From sequence record NC_019705.1: a stretch of DNA of 38,759 nucleotides. One strand, 5' to 3'. Position 1 is the stretch's first letter; every line of letters begins with the position of its first letter. Made by a program: the position numbers and the translations under genes. Of the stretch, positions 18,483 through 26,490 are shown one piece after another. Source of the DNA: Escherichia phage mEpX2. The notes below the pieces were generated by a model. That model saw only the letters and a list, made by a program, of their open reading frames with translations. It was not told the origin of the DNA and did not search any database.

Positions 18483-18506
18483 CCTCGCCTCGGCGGGGTT
18501 TTTTAT
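18483..18506 (+). terminator. intrinsic terminator
   Basis: CCTCGC-CTCG-GCGGGG hairpin with TTTTTTATT. Confidence 0.55.
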
Positions 18507-18520
18507 TGCCTGGAGAAAAT

Positions 18521-19690
18521 ATGCTTTATAACACTGGAACCATCGCCATTAACGGAAACAGCGCCACCGGCACGGGCACGAACTGGACGGCACCCGCCAG
18601 CCAGGTTCGCGCTGGCCAGACGATTATCGTGATGTCTAACCCGGTGCAGCTGTTCCAGATTTCATCCGTGAACAGCGCCACGTCAATGACGGTTACGCCA
18701 GCTGCATCACCGGCGCTGAGCGGCCAGAAGTACGGCATTCTGGTATCAGACAATATCTCGGTTGATGGGCTGGCGCTGGCCATGTCGCAGCTTATCAAAG
18801 AGTACGACGAGAATATTGGCGCGTGGGAGACGTTCGCCACCACCTCAGCAAACCAAAGCATCACAGTTACCATCAACGGCACCGCCGTAACCATCCCAGG
18901 CATCGGTAAACTTGCGCAGAAAGGGAGCAACGGTGCGGTTACTGTCGCAGACGGCGGAACCGGCGCAACGAATGCCGCAGACGCTCGCACAAACCTCAGT
19001 TTAGGAAACAGCGCTACGAGGGACGTTGGAACTGAGACAGGAACGGTGGCCGCCGGTGATGACCCCCGACTTAACACAGTGAACGGCAAGACGTCTGGTG
19101 TCGTAAAGGGTGATTTCTTTACCCTGGATAATAGGTACGGCCATACAACCCAGTTATTGACATACAACCCTGGAACAGTGGGGACGCATTTTGGCGGTAT
19201 GTCTATGAAGCGACCCAATTCACAGGGATGGATTTTGTCGCAATACACTACGACTGATTATGAAGTTCAGTCAGTGACGATCGGCATCGATGCACCAGGC
19301 GCAAACGTTAACTGGATATTCAACCGCAACGGACAGGCAACCGGAACCTGGGTAAATAACAGTGACAGCAGGATTAAGAAAGACATCAAACCAATCCCGG
19401 ATCCACTTGTTGCCATGAAGAAAATCAGAGGCTGTTCGTGGACACGTCTTGACTCAGGTGTAACCGGCTTTGGTTTTATAGCGCAGGAGGTTCAGGAGGT
19501 ATTCCCGGAGGCTGTTCATGATTTTGGACAGTCCATGACTATGGAAGATGGAAAAGAAGTTGAAAACGTCCTGTCGGTCGATACCAGTGGAGTATCAGCT
19601 GCACTCCATCATGAGGCGATACTGGCATTGATGGTGGAAATTGAAGAGCTAAAAACTGAGATGAAATCCCTGACAGGAGTGGGGCGGTGA
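18521..19690 (+). CDS. side tail fiber protein with C-terminal intramolecular chaperone (peptidase S74) domain
   Basis: 389-aa ORF; SD GGAGA before ATG at 18521; C-terminal NNSDSRIKKDI motif characteristic of autoproteolytic chaperone domain. Confidence 0.7.
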   Translation: MLYNTGTIAINGNSATGTGTNWTAPASQVRAGQTIIVMSNPVQLFQISSVNSATSMTVTPAASPALSGQKYGILVSDNISVDGLALAMSQLIKEYDENIGAWETFATTSANQSITVTINGTAVTIPGIGKLAQKGSNGAVTVADGGTGATNAADARTNLSLGNSATRDVGTETGTVAAGDDPRLNTVNGKTSGVVKGDFFTLDNRYGHTTQLLTYNPGTVGTHFGGMSMKRPNSQGWILSQYTTTDYEVQSVTIGIDAPGANVNWIFNRNGQATGTWVNNSDSRIKKDIKPIPDPLVAMKKIRGCSWTRLDSGVTGFGFIAQEVQEVFPEAVHDFGQSMTMEDGKEVENVLSVDTSGVSAALHHEAILALMVEIEELKTEMKSLTGVGR

Positions 19691-19899
19691 AGCTGCCGCA
19701 ACCATGCCGTATGCAAGAGCATGACTGCGGCTGACTGGCTCACGTCCGATAGTGCGAGTATTGAATGATTTCCAGCCGTTACCGATTTTACTATGTTTTC
19801 AGTAGAACGCTTAGACAAAACTGAGGCGCACAAAGCTTTGCACTGGATTGCAAGACTTTGTGCTCTTCTGTGGATGTGTGTCTACATGTTTGAAGATTG

Positions 19900-19915
19900 T
19901 TGTGCCGTATTTGTG
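19900..19915. repeat. 16-bp direct repeat TTGTGCCGTATTTGTG (putative integrase arm-type site, copy 1)
   Basis: Exact repeat of 20117-20132; flanks att core. Confidence 0.4.
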
Positions 19916-20023
19916 ACATACACATGGCAACATCATGCATCAACTTTCTGTTTGTGCCATCAACTATAGATTAGTGAATGCGGTTAATGCTTGCTAAACA
20001 GATAGTTATGATTGGTGCTACAG

Positions 20024-20069
20024 ATTCGTAATGCGAAGGTCGTAGGTTCGACTCCTATTATCGGCACCA
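20024..20069 (+). other. attP core: 3' 46 nt of tRNA-Thr(CGU) (thrW-like), ending CCA
   Basis: ATTCGTAATGCGAAGGTCGTAGGTTCGACTCCTATTATCGGCACCA matches anticodon loop through acceptor 3' end; 5' half of tRNA absent; integrase gene 14 bp downstream. Confidence 0.65.
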
Positions 20070-20083
20070 TTTAAATCAATAAG

Positions 20084-21244
20084 TTACCTAGCATTTAAGT
20101 AAACTACGTTCTCCTCTTGTGCCGTATTTGTGCCATTGCGACTTATAATCGCATCGATTTTGCTCGCGTGCTCGGTGAGATGCCCGGCTGAAAGGTGGGC
20201 GTATCTTTGAACCATTTCGAGAGTTTCCCATCCTCCCATCTCTTTAAGTGCAAGAAGAGAGACACCGGACTGAACCAGCCAGCTTGCCCAAGTATGCCTC
20301 AGGTCATGGAAGCGGAAGTTGCTAATGCCTGCCCGCTTTAACGCTCCCTTCCATGCCTTGTTGCTGTCGGTTCTCATCTTCCTTACCGCTGCTGTTTTTG
20401 TTCCGTCGCTTCGGTAGGCAGGTTTGGTGTGGACAAACACCCATCTCTTATGGAGACCCTGCTGTTTTCTTAATATCTGGCATGCGGTTTCGTTAAGAGG
20501 AACTCCGATCGCATTGCCAGCTTTTGTTTCATCAGGGTGCATCCATGCCATTTTCTTATCCAGATCGACCTGTGACCACTCAAGGTCTGTAACGTTGGAA
20601 CGGCGAAGGCCTGTCGTGATTGCAAACATGACCACAGGGAAGAAATGAGGAGCAATTTCTGCAAACAGGCGCTTCGATTCCTCCTCTGTAAGCCATCTGA
20701 TCCGTCCATTCTTAACGCGTGGTGTTGATATTTTTGGCGCCCTGTCAAGCCATCCCCATTCAACAGCCATATTGAGAATAGCGCGAAGTATTGCCAGATG
20801 CCGCGTCTTCGTTCCTTTGCTTGCCAGCTTTGGTTTATACTCCGGCACTGGCTTGCCAAGCCGCAAACACCTGTCCCGGCTCATTTCCCAGTTCAGGCGA
20901 TGGCGGCGGTTTTCCATCCCGTCTACCGCCTCCATTATTTTTTCTGATGTTATGTCTGAGAGAATGGTTTCTCTGAAGTGCAACATCCAGAACGATATAA
21001 TGCTCTTGTCATCATCAATGGACTTCTTATCCGATTTCTCACGCAGCCACCGTATGCAGGCTTCCTTGAATAGCTTTTTCGGTGATTCCCCGAGATTTTT
21101 TACTCTCCACGCTTCTGCTTTCAGACGATCGTGAAGTTCTTGCGCTTGCCTTTTGTCCGATGTTTCAAGAGAGCGTCTAACTCTTGATCCATCTGGCGCG
21201 ACGAAATCACAGTGCCACGTGCCACCGCGTAGTTTGATTGACAT
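20084..21244 (-). CDS. int: tyrosine integrase (P22 Int-like)
   Basis: 386-aa ORF with HDLRHTWAS and RYAHL catalytic motifs; adjacent to tRNA-derived att core. Confidence 0.9.
   Translation of the reverse strand: MSIKLRGGTWHCDFVAPDGSRVRRSLETSDKRQAQELHDRLKAEAWRVKNLGESPKKLFKEACIRWLREKSDKKSIDDDKSIISFWMLHFRETILSDITSEKIMEAVDGMENRRHRLNWEMSRDRCLRLGKPVPEYKPKLASKGTKTRHLAILRAILNMAVEWGWLDRAPKISTPRVKNGRIRWLTEEESKRLFAEIAPHFFPVVMFAITTGLRRSNVTDLEWSQVDLDKKMAWMHPDETKAGNAIGVPLNETACQILRKQQGLHKRWVFVHTKPAYRSDGTKTAAVRKMRTDSNKAWKGALKRAGISNFRFHDLRHTWASWLVQSGVSLLALKEMGGWETLEMVQRYAHLSAGHLTEHASKIDAIISRNGTNTAQEENVVYLNAR
20117..20132. repeat. 16-bp direct repeat TTGTGCCGTATTTGTG (putative integrase arm-type site, copy 2)
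   Basis: Exact repeat of 19900-19915; lies within 3' end of int coding sequence. Confidence 0.4.
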
Positions 21245-21468
21245 GCTTTAACCTCCTGCACATCAACCGCATTCACCGCGCTATTGTGTCTTACAGACTT
21301 AAGCGCCGCAATGCAGTCTGACTTGCAAATGCGATATGGGCTTTTAGGTTTATCTGGATTTATCTTTGCGGCCTGAAGTCGTCCACTTCGTATCCACTGC
21401 GTGATAGTGCCTTTGTCTACCTTCAGATACGACGCTGCCTCTTCACGAGTGAAGATTTCTTCTTCCAC
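21121..21468 (-). CDS. xis: excisionase
   Basis: 115-aa ORF upstream of and overlapping int; GTG start with GGAGA SD; HTH-like N-terminus. Confidence 0.55.
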   Translation of the reverse strand: MEEEIFTREEAASYLKVDKGTITQWIRSGRLQAAKINPDKPKSPYRICKSDCIAALKSVRHNSAVNAVDVQEVKACQSNYAVARGTVISSRQMDQELDALLKHRTKGKRKNFTIV

Positions 21469-21635
21469 CTGGAATCTCCATTTATTGAGTTGGTATTATT
21501 GCGGTAGGTCTGGATATCTTGATAAATGAAAATGCCTCATCGAGTGTGAGGCGTTAGTCCTTGCGTAGCTCGCTGATTCTTCTGTAAGTCTCTGGTGCTT
21601 TGCTATCTCACGCAGTGCCTGATAGTCAATCTTGT

Positions 21636-22142
21636 TCACTGCTTGCCTACTTTGCGAAGTAGGTCGGCGAACAAACGTACACTAGACGCTTCACTGCGTA
21701 GAAACTTAACGGCATAATCAAAACCACCTCGTTCTGCGTCGTCTGCTCCGTTGTCGAGGTTATCTGCGTACATCTCTACCCCCCGCGCCCGTACTTCAGC
21801 CAGGAAAGCATCGGTGGCTGGGGTTTTGATTTCGTTAAGCGCATCACTGAATCCACCACGCTCCATACCTAGCTCTGCTTCGTAATCGGCATCGAATGCA
21901 GCGTCTTTGCAGAACTTCTTCATCCCCGCATTCTCTGCTGCCAGCGCCGCACACTTGGCTTCAAGGTTATCAATCGTGATTCCAGCAGAACGACACTCCC
22001 GCAACGCCGTTTCTAGTTTTGATTGAAGTTCACCGAACTTACGGACAAGATATTCAGCGTTTGTTTCGTTAACCTTTAAATCTCGTGGGATGCATTTACC
22101 TTTCAGGAATCCATCCATCTCAATTAGTGACATTTGTTTCAT
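21636..22142 (-). CDS. hypothetical protein (ea-region)
   Basis: 168-aa ORF in early-left operon. Confidence 0.55.
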   Translation of the reverse strand: MKQMSLIEMDGFLKGKCIPRDLKVNETNAEYLVRKFGELQSKLETALRECRSAGITIDNLEAKCAALAAENAGMKKFCKDAAFDADYEAELGMERGGFSDALNEIKTPATDAFLAEVRARGVEMYADNLDNGADDAERGGFDYAVKFLRSEASSVRLFADLLRKVGKQ

Positions 22143-22321
22143 TTCTTCCCACTCCGCAACATCGCATTCAGATATTTGTTGTCATTAACAGAACCGAAAC
22201 TCTTTCGCTTAAGTAATTCCTCTCTCGATGGCATTGGCTTTACGCGTTGGCGAATAATCATTTCTGCCGGAAGAATGCCGGGATTGTATGCAAGTCCTCT
22301 CATGGTAAATTCCTCAGTCAT
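22139..22321 (-). CDS. hypothetical protein
   Basis: 60-aa ORF; ATG overlaps stop of upstream gene (ATGA-type coupling). Confidence 0.4.
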   Translation of the reverse strand: MTEEFTMRGLAYNPGILPAEMIIRQRVKPMPSREELLKRKSFGSVNDNKYLNAMLRSGKK

Positions 22322-22610
22322 TACTGATAGCGCCATAGCGTGAGCGGTAATTACGCAGACGCGGGTCGATATATTCAGGGAAGTTGGTATATGTGGCTTT
22401 GCGGAATGGTCGGATTGATGTCTGGTAAATTCGCTCGCGTTCTTGTTTCTCTGCAAGCCATATACAATGACGAAATTCCTTTTCCTCTTTCGTTTCCTGC
22501 GGTAGCGACATTATCAGGTCGTAGTTTTTTCTGAATTTATCCAGCACCTCCGATACGGAATTGCCGGAACAGCGGCGCGCGTCGTCCGCACCATATAGAG
22601 GCGCTGGCAT
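22314..22610 (-). CDS. hypothetical protein
   Basis: 98-aa ORF in early-left operon. Confidence 0.5.
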   Translation of the reverse strand: MPAPLYGADDARRCSGNSVSEVLDKFRKNYDLIMSLPQETKEEKEFRHCIWLAEKQERERIYQTSIRPFRKATYTNFPEYIDPRLRNYRSRYGAISND

Positions 22611-22626
22611 GGTTTTCTCCTGTTGA

Positions 22627-23175
22627 TTATTTAGCTAACTTTTTCCAGATCGCTGAAACGTATTTGGCTTGGTGGATGGCATCATCAAGCGCGTTGTGGC
22701 GAGTTCCTTTGAATGGCATATCTCGCTTAGGGTCGAATCCTATTGCCTTCCCAAGTTCGACGATTGTTCTTACGTCGCGGTCATTCCACCACTGCCACGG
22801 AACTGGCTGCCCTGTCAGCGAATAACTGTTGCGGAGAATAACGCAGTCAAATGATGCTCCATTCCCCCAAACCTGAACGAGTTTGTGGTTGGCGTTCTTT
22901 ATGATGAATTCAGATAACCATGAAAGAGCCGTTGAAAGCTCTTGAGTGTTGCTGGTTAGCGATTTTCTGGCTTCTTCACTCTGTTCCATCCACCATAAAA
23001 TCGTTGAAGCGTCAGGACGCGCCCGATATCGCATTGATGACTCAAGCGAGATATTTACCGAGAACTCTTCTCCTGTTTCTCCGGTATTCGGGTCAAAGAA
23101 TACCGCCCCAATAGAAATAACTGGCGCATATGGCCCGTTGCCCATTGTTTCAAGGTCAACCATTAAGTGATTCAT
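22627..23175 (-). CDS. DEDD-family 3'-5' exonuclease
   Basis: 182-aa ORF with DLET acidic motif and C-terminal H...D motif of DnaQ-like exonucleases. Confidence 0.7.
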   Translation of the reverse strand: MNHLMVDLETMGNGPYAPVISIGAVFFDPNTGETGEEFSVNISLESSMRYRARPDASTILWWMEQSEEARKSLTSNTQELSTALSWLSEFIIKNANHKLVQVWGNGASFDCVILRNSYSLTGQPVPWQWWNDRDVRTIVELGKAIGFDPKRDMPFKGTRHNALDDAIHQAKYVSAIWKKLAK

Positions 23176-23183
23176 GTAAGTCC

Positions 23184-23690
23184 TTAAATTGCGTGAATAG
23201 CGTGACGAGGGAAGGGGAGAGTTACTGGTGCAAAGGGTATATCATCGTCAAAATCCATCGGAGGTTCGTTGTGTTGTGCTGGTGATGATTGCTGCTGTGG
23301 CTTCTGTGATTGCCTGCTGGCTGCTTGTTGTTTGCTGTCGCCAATTCCGCCAAGCATTTGCATCACGCCATTAATTCCGACATGAACCTCGGTTGTGTAA
23401 CGGTCTTGCCCTGACTGGTCTTTCCACTTTCTGGTTCTCAGCATTCCCTCGAAATAAATCTGATCACCTTTTTTCACATACTGCCCCACGACCTCAGCCA
23501 GTTTCCCGGATACAGCAACACGATGCCATTCAGTCAATTCCTTTTGCTCGCCAGTATTTTTATCTCGCCATTGTTCTGACGTGGCTATTGTCAGGTTAGC
23601 GAACGCTGTACCTGATGGTGAGTATCGAACTTCCGGGTCTTGTCCTACCCGACCAAGGATAATCACCTTATTTACGCCTCTGCTTGCCAT
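23184..23690 (-). CDS. ssb: single-stranded DNA-binding protein
   Basis: 168-aa ORF with OB-fold N-terminus closely resembling bacterial SSB and [10 protein letters not shown] motif, here followed by 15 extra residues. Confidence 0.85.
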   Translation of the reverse strand: MASRGVNKVIILGRVGQDPEVRYSPSGTAFANLTIATSEQWRDKNTGEQKELTEWHRVAVSGKLAEVVGQYVKKGDQIYFEGMLRTRKWKDQSGQDRYTTEVHVGINGVMQMLGGIGDSKQQAASRQSQKPQQQSSPAQHNEPPMDFDDDIPFAPVTLPFPRHAIHAI

Positions 23691-24398
23691 TTATGCCGCC
23701 TGTTTTAGTTCGTTAACTCTGATGTTCATTACCTGAACGCATTTAGCCTGCGCCTCCTCATTGCCAGCCATTAATTGCCAGTCACGCTGATAACGCTCGA
23801 TGAGTTTTTTCTTGTCAGTTTCTGTTGACGCATAATCGCTGAAGTCTTTCAGGATTTGTTCGCAGTCAACCGATGGAGATTTCTGGTTGGTATTTTCTGG
23901 TGATGGTTTGTTATCTGATGCTGGTATTGCCCATCCCGGCAGCGATGGAGGGAGCCAGTAAAATCCTGTTCCATCCTTGAGTTTTGCCCTGTGCCATCCC
24001 TGCTTTTTATCGAGAGATGTTTGTGCGAAACCTTCCTCAAGGTTATACAGATACCGACCGATTCCCCACTGAACGGCAGCGCGCTTCATTGCACCGGAAC
24101 GACCACCTTTGACGGCTTCTACCTGCGTGTTTTCAGCAGCATCCCATTTGGTTACCCATTCGGAATCAATCTTTATTGATATGCCGCATTCAACGCCGCC
24201 GTTGTTGGGAATATCGCGGTATTCATTGCGCCATCCTGCTTTGCCGCAAACATCGTCCAGGCGTTTCATGATTGCCCTGTTCGTGACATAAGCCAGCACC
24301 ATAGCCCACACCTTGCCATCGCGTGTTTTACCGCTTTGCTGTATTCGCCATTCGATATCTTCAGGGCTGAATGGCTCATCGAATTTATTCAAATCCAT
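23691..24398 (-). CDS. single-strand annealing recombinase (Erf/Rad52-type)
   Basis: 235-aa ORF upstream of ssb and exonuclease in a recombination module. Confidence 0.6.
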   Translation of the reverse strand: MDLNKFDEPFSPEDIEWRIQQSGKTRDGKVWAMVLAYVTNRAIMKRLDDVCGKAGWRNEYRDIPNNGGVECGISIKIDSEWVTKWDAAENTQVEAVKGGRSGAMKRAAVQWGIGRYLYNLEEGFAQTSLDKKQGWHRAKLKDGTGFYWLPPSLPGWAIPASDNKPSPENTNQKSPSVDCEQILKDFSDYASTETDKKKLIERYQRDWQLMAGNEEAQAKCVQVMNIRVNELKQAA

Positions 24399-24406
24399 AA
24401 TTCACC

Positions 24407-24577
24407 TCAGAATGGACATGGACCAAGGAAATAACGCTGATTTAATACTTCGGTCTTTGCCGCATTTAAAAAGACGCGAACACCTTCACGATCTCCCTTC
24501 TGGCGATACATTAACGCCTGCTGCGTGTACATGCGTCTCTGTAACTTGCTCTCCTTCACTGTGGTTGCAAGTGACAT
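24407..24577 (-). CDS. hypothetical small protein
   Basis: 56-aa ORF below track size cutoff; strong SD AAGGAG 7 nt upstream of ATG; stop abuts recombinase SD. Confidence 0.35.
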   Translation of the reverse strand: MSLATTVKESKLQRRMYTQQALMYRQKGDREGVRVFLNAAKTEVLNQRYFLGPCPF

Positions 24578-24656
24578 GAATATCTCCTTCGTTACCGATT
24601 AATTCTTTCATCTGACGAATGAATTCTTCGTCTGACCAGTTATCTGTAAAACTCAT
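24486..24656 (-). CDS. hypothetical small protein
   Basis: ORF with ATG overlapping stop of upstream Kil-like ORF; overlaps the 24407-24577 ORF in another frame so only one may be real. Confidence 0.3.
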   Translation of the reverse strand: MSFTDNWSDEEFIRQMKELIGNEGDIHVTCNHSEGEQVTETHVHAAGVNVSPEGRS

Positions 24657-24805
24657 TTCCTGCGATACCACGGATGGTTGATAGCTGATTTCATCGCTTT
24701 ATTTGCTTCAAGCCACATTTTTGAATCACCAATAAATCTGGCTATTACTGCTTTGTTCTGTGCAGCACGAAGCATCTGGTGATTAATGGCTATTTCATTG
24801 CGCAT
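24653..24805 (-). CDS. Kil-like small protein (putative host division inhibitor)
   Basis: 50-aa ORF with SD GGAGG; motif IARFIGDSKMWLEANKA resembles remembered lambda Kil. Confidence 0.4.
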   Translation of the reverse strand: MRNEIAINHQMLRAAQNKAVIARFIGDSKMWLEANKAMKSAINHPWYRRK

Positions 24806-24924
24806 AACGCCTCCAGTTGTTTCTTTGCTGCTCTGATTAATTGTTTAACTCGGCGTGATAATTCAGATTCGTGCGGGTAGAAAGCGGACATGACGCCGCT
24901 ACCCGCGAGCTGAAAGTGCATCAT
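24790..24924 (-). CDS. CIII-like protein (putative FtsH inhibitor)
   Basis: 44-aa ORF from internal ATG with SD AAGGAG; MMHFQLAGSGV...PHESELSRRVKQLIR resembles remembered lambda CIII; position upstream of kil-like gene. Confidence 0.4.
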   Translation of the reverse strand: MMHFQLAGSGVMSAFYPHESELSRRVKQLIRAAKKQLEALCAMK

Positions 24925-24999
24925 GGGTAACTCCTTATATTTGATTGCATAACGAAAATGCCTCTCGTGAAGCATTATTGGTATGCGGTAAAGCCGCGC

Positions 25000-25368
25000 T
25001 CAGGCGGCTTTGATAGTCATATCATCTGAATCAAATATTCCTGATGTATCGATATCGGTAATTCTTATTCCTTCACTACCATCCATTGGAGGCCATCCTT
25101 CCTGACCATTTCCATCATCCCAGTCGAACTCACAAACAACACCATATGCATTTAAGTCTTTCGAAATTGCTATAAGCAGAGCATGTTGCGCCAGCATGAT
25201 TAATACAGCATTTAATACAGCGCCGTGTTTATTGAGTCGGTATTCAGAGTCTGACCAGAAATTATTAATCTGGTGAAGTTTTTCCTCTGTCATTACGTCA
25301 TGGTCGATTTCAATTTCTATTGATGCTTTCCAGTCGTAATCAATGATGTATTTTTTGATGTTTGACAT
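25000..25368 (-). CDS. hypothetical highly acidic protein
   Basis: 122-aa ORF rich in Asp/Glu; preceded by terminator and SD. Confidence 0.55.
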   Translation of the reverse strand: MSNIKKYIIDYDWKASIEIEIDHDVMTEEKLHQINNFWSDSEYRLNKHGAVLNAVLIMLAQHALLIAISKDLNAYGVVCEFDWDDGNGQEGWPPMDGSEGIRITDIDTSGIFDSDDMTIKAA

Positions 25369-25388
25369 CTATTCATTTCCTCATAGAT

Positions 25389-25415
25389 AAAAAATCGCCC
25401 TCACATTGGAGGGCA
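25389..25415 (-). terminator. intrinsic terminator (early-left operon)
   Basis: On minus strand GCCCTC-loop-GAGGGC hairpin followed by UUUUUAUC. Confidence 0.45.
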
Positions 25416-25532
25416 AAGAAGATTTCCAATAATCAGAACAAGTCGGCTCCTGTTTAGTTACGAGCGACATTGCTCCGTGTATTCACTCGTTGGAATGAAT
25501 ACACAGTGCAGTGTTTATTCTGTTGCTTATTC

Positions 25533-25560
25533 CAAAAATAAAGGCCGACTATGCGGCCTC
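25533..25560 (-). terminator. intrinsic terminator (early-left operon)
   Basis: On minus strand AGGCCG-loop-CGGCCT hairpin followed by TTATTTTTGG; overlaps stop of upstream gene. Confidence 0.45.
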
Positions 25561-25741
25561 AGAATGGTTTGTATCCATGTTTAAAGGCGAAATCGTATGC
25601 CTCATCCTTAGTGCTGAAGTATTCATAATCAGCAAATCCATCACGATAAAACTTGCAGCACCAATGAGGCGGAATGCCATCCTCAGGACCATAGTCTTGA
25701 TGGAACACATCCTCGACGATGATATTTTCATCTTTTCCCAT
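25559..25741 (-). CDS. hypothetical small acidic protein
   Basis: 60-aa ORF downstream of N in early-left operon. Confidence 0.5.
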   Translation of the reverse strand: MGKDENIIVEDVFHQDYGPEDGIPPHWCCKFYRDGFADYEYFSTKDEAYDFAFKHGYKPF

Positions 25742-25803
25742 ATATCACCTCAAATAAGTGGTTTGCTGCCAAAACAATGAACCATCCGGAAATTCCAGAT
25801 AGT

Positions 25804-26031
25804 TCATAATTCACTCTTCAATACTTCCAACTTACTAATCGCCGATAGATATCCGCGCTGATAGGGCATCATCATTCCTTCGAGCTTGCCACTTCTTAAC
25901 TCCTCCCTGAGCAATTGTATTGCTTGATCAATAACCTCTGCCTTAGCGTCCTTTATGGCTTGCTTGCGGGGCTTTGCTTTCTGCTTTGGCAGATTTCTCA
26001 AGCATGATGGAATGTATGTCTGATTCATCAC
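25804..26031 (-). CDS. hypothetical protein
   Basis: 75-aa ORF immediately downstream of N gene. Confidence 0.5.
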   Translation of the reverse strand: MMNQTYIPSCLRNLPKQKAKPRKQAIKDAKAEVIDQAIQLLREELRSGKLEGMMMPYQRGYLSAISKLEVLKSEL

Positions 26032-26295
26032 TTACCTCGCTGTAACCTGCTTACTTGTACGATGACCAGCTGCGAAAAGCGCAACTTCTGGCAGGCAGAC
26101 AGTACCACCTTCAACTTCCTTCTGAAGCGTTCCGGCAAGCGAAATGGCTTTTGTTACGCGTGTACTGCATGTGCTATTTGCTACCCGGCGCGAAAGAGAA
26201 GCGTCCTGCATTGCCTGCTCACGTTGAGCCTGTCTGCGTGCTCTGCGGCGATTTCTGGCGTTATCGTCAGCCAGATATGTAATGACTACTGTCAT
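26032..26295 (-). CDS. N: antitermination protein N (P22 gene 24-like)
   Basis: 87-aa ORF with N-terminal arginine-rich motif NARNRRRARRQAQ; preceded by boxA/boxB nutL; first gene of leftward operon. Confidence 0.7.
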   Translation of the reverse strand: MTVVITYLADDNARNRRRARRQAQREQAMQDASLSRRVANSTCSTRVTKAISLAGTLQKEVEGGTVCLPEVALFAAGHRTSKQVTAR

Positions 26296-26401
26296 GTTGA
26301 CCTCCGATGATTGACTTTGGCGGTGACGCGCCGGGTGCTTATCTTCCGGTTGCCGTCGTGCAGCTGCACTTCACGTCACCCCAAAGCCAACTACTCTTTG
26401 G

Positions 26402-26443
26402 TTCCCGCATTTCGGCGGGACAATCCCATCAATGTTAAAGAGC
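26402..26443 (-). promoter_or_regulatory. nutL (boxA GCTCTTTAACA plus boxB hairpin)
   Basis: On minus strand boxA then UUCCCGC-CGAAAU-GCGGGAA hairpin, identical to the boxB at 28098-28117. Confidence 0.6.
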
Positions 26444-26490
26444 CTGCCAATCTGTTCCGTTTGGCTTCCAGCGTCCTGCTGATGGCTAAA

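Noticed and set aside
18526-19248. 240-aa ORF on the minus strand
   Set aside because: Antisense to the tail fiber gene, which has a clear SD and a conserved C-terminal domain.
20014-20069. Possible intact tRNA-Thr gene
   Set aside because: Only the 3' portion from the anticodon loop onward matches a tRNA; upstream sequence lacks acceptor and D-arm, so this is an att core rather than a functional tRNA gene.
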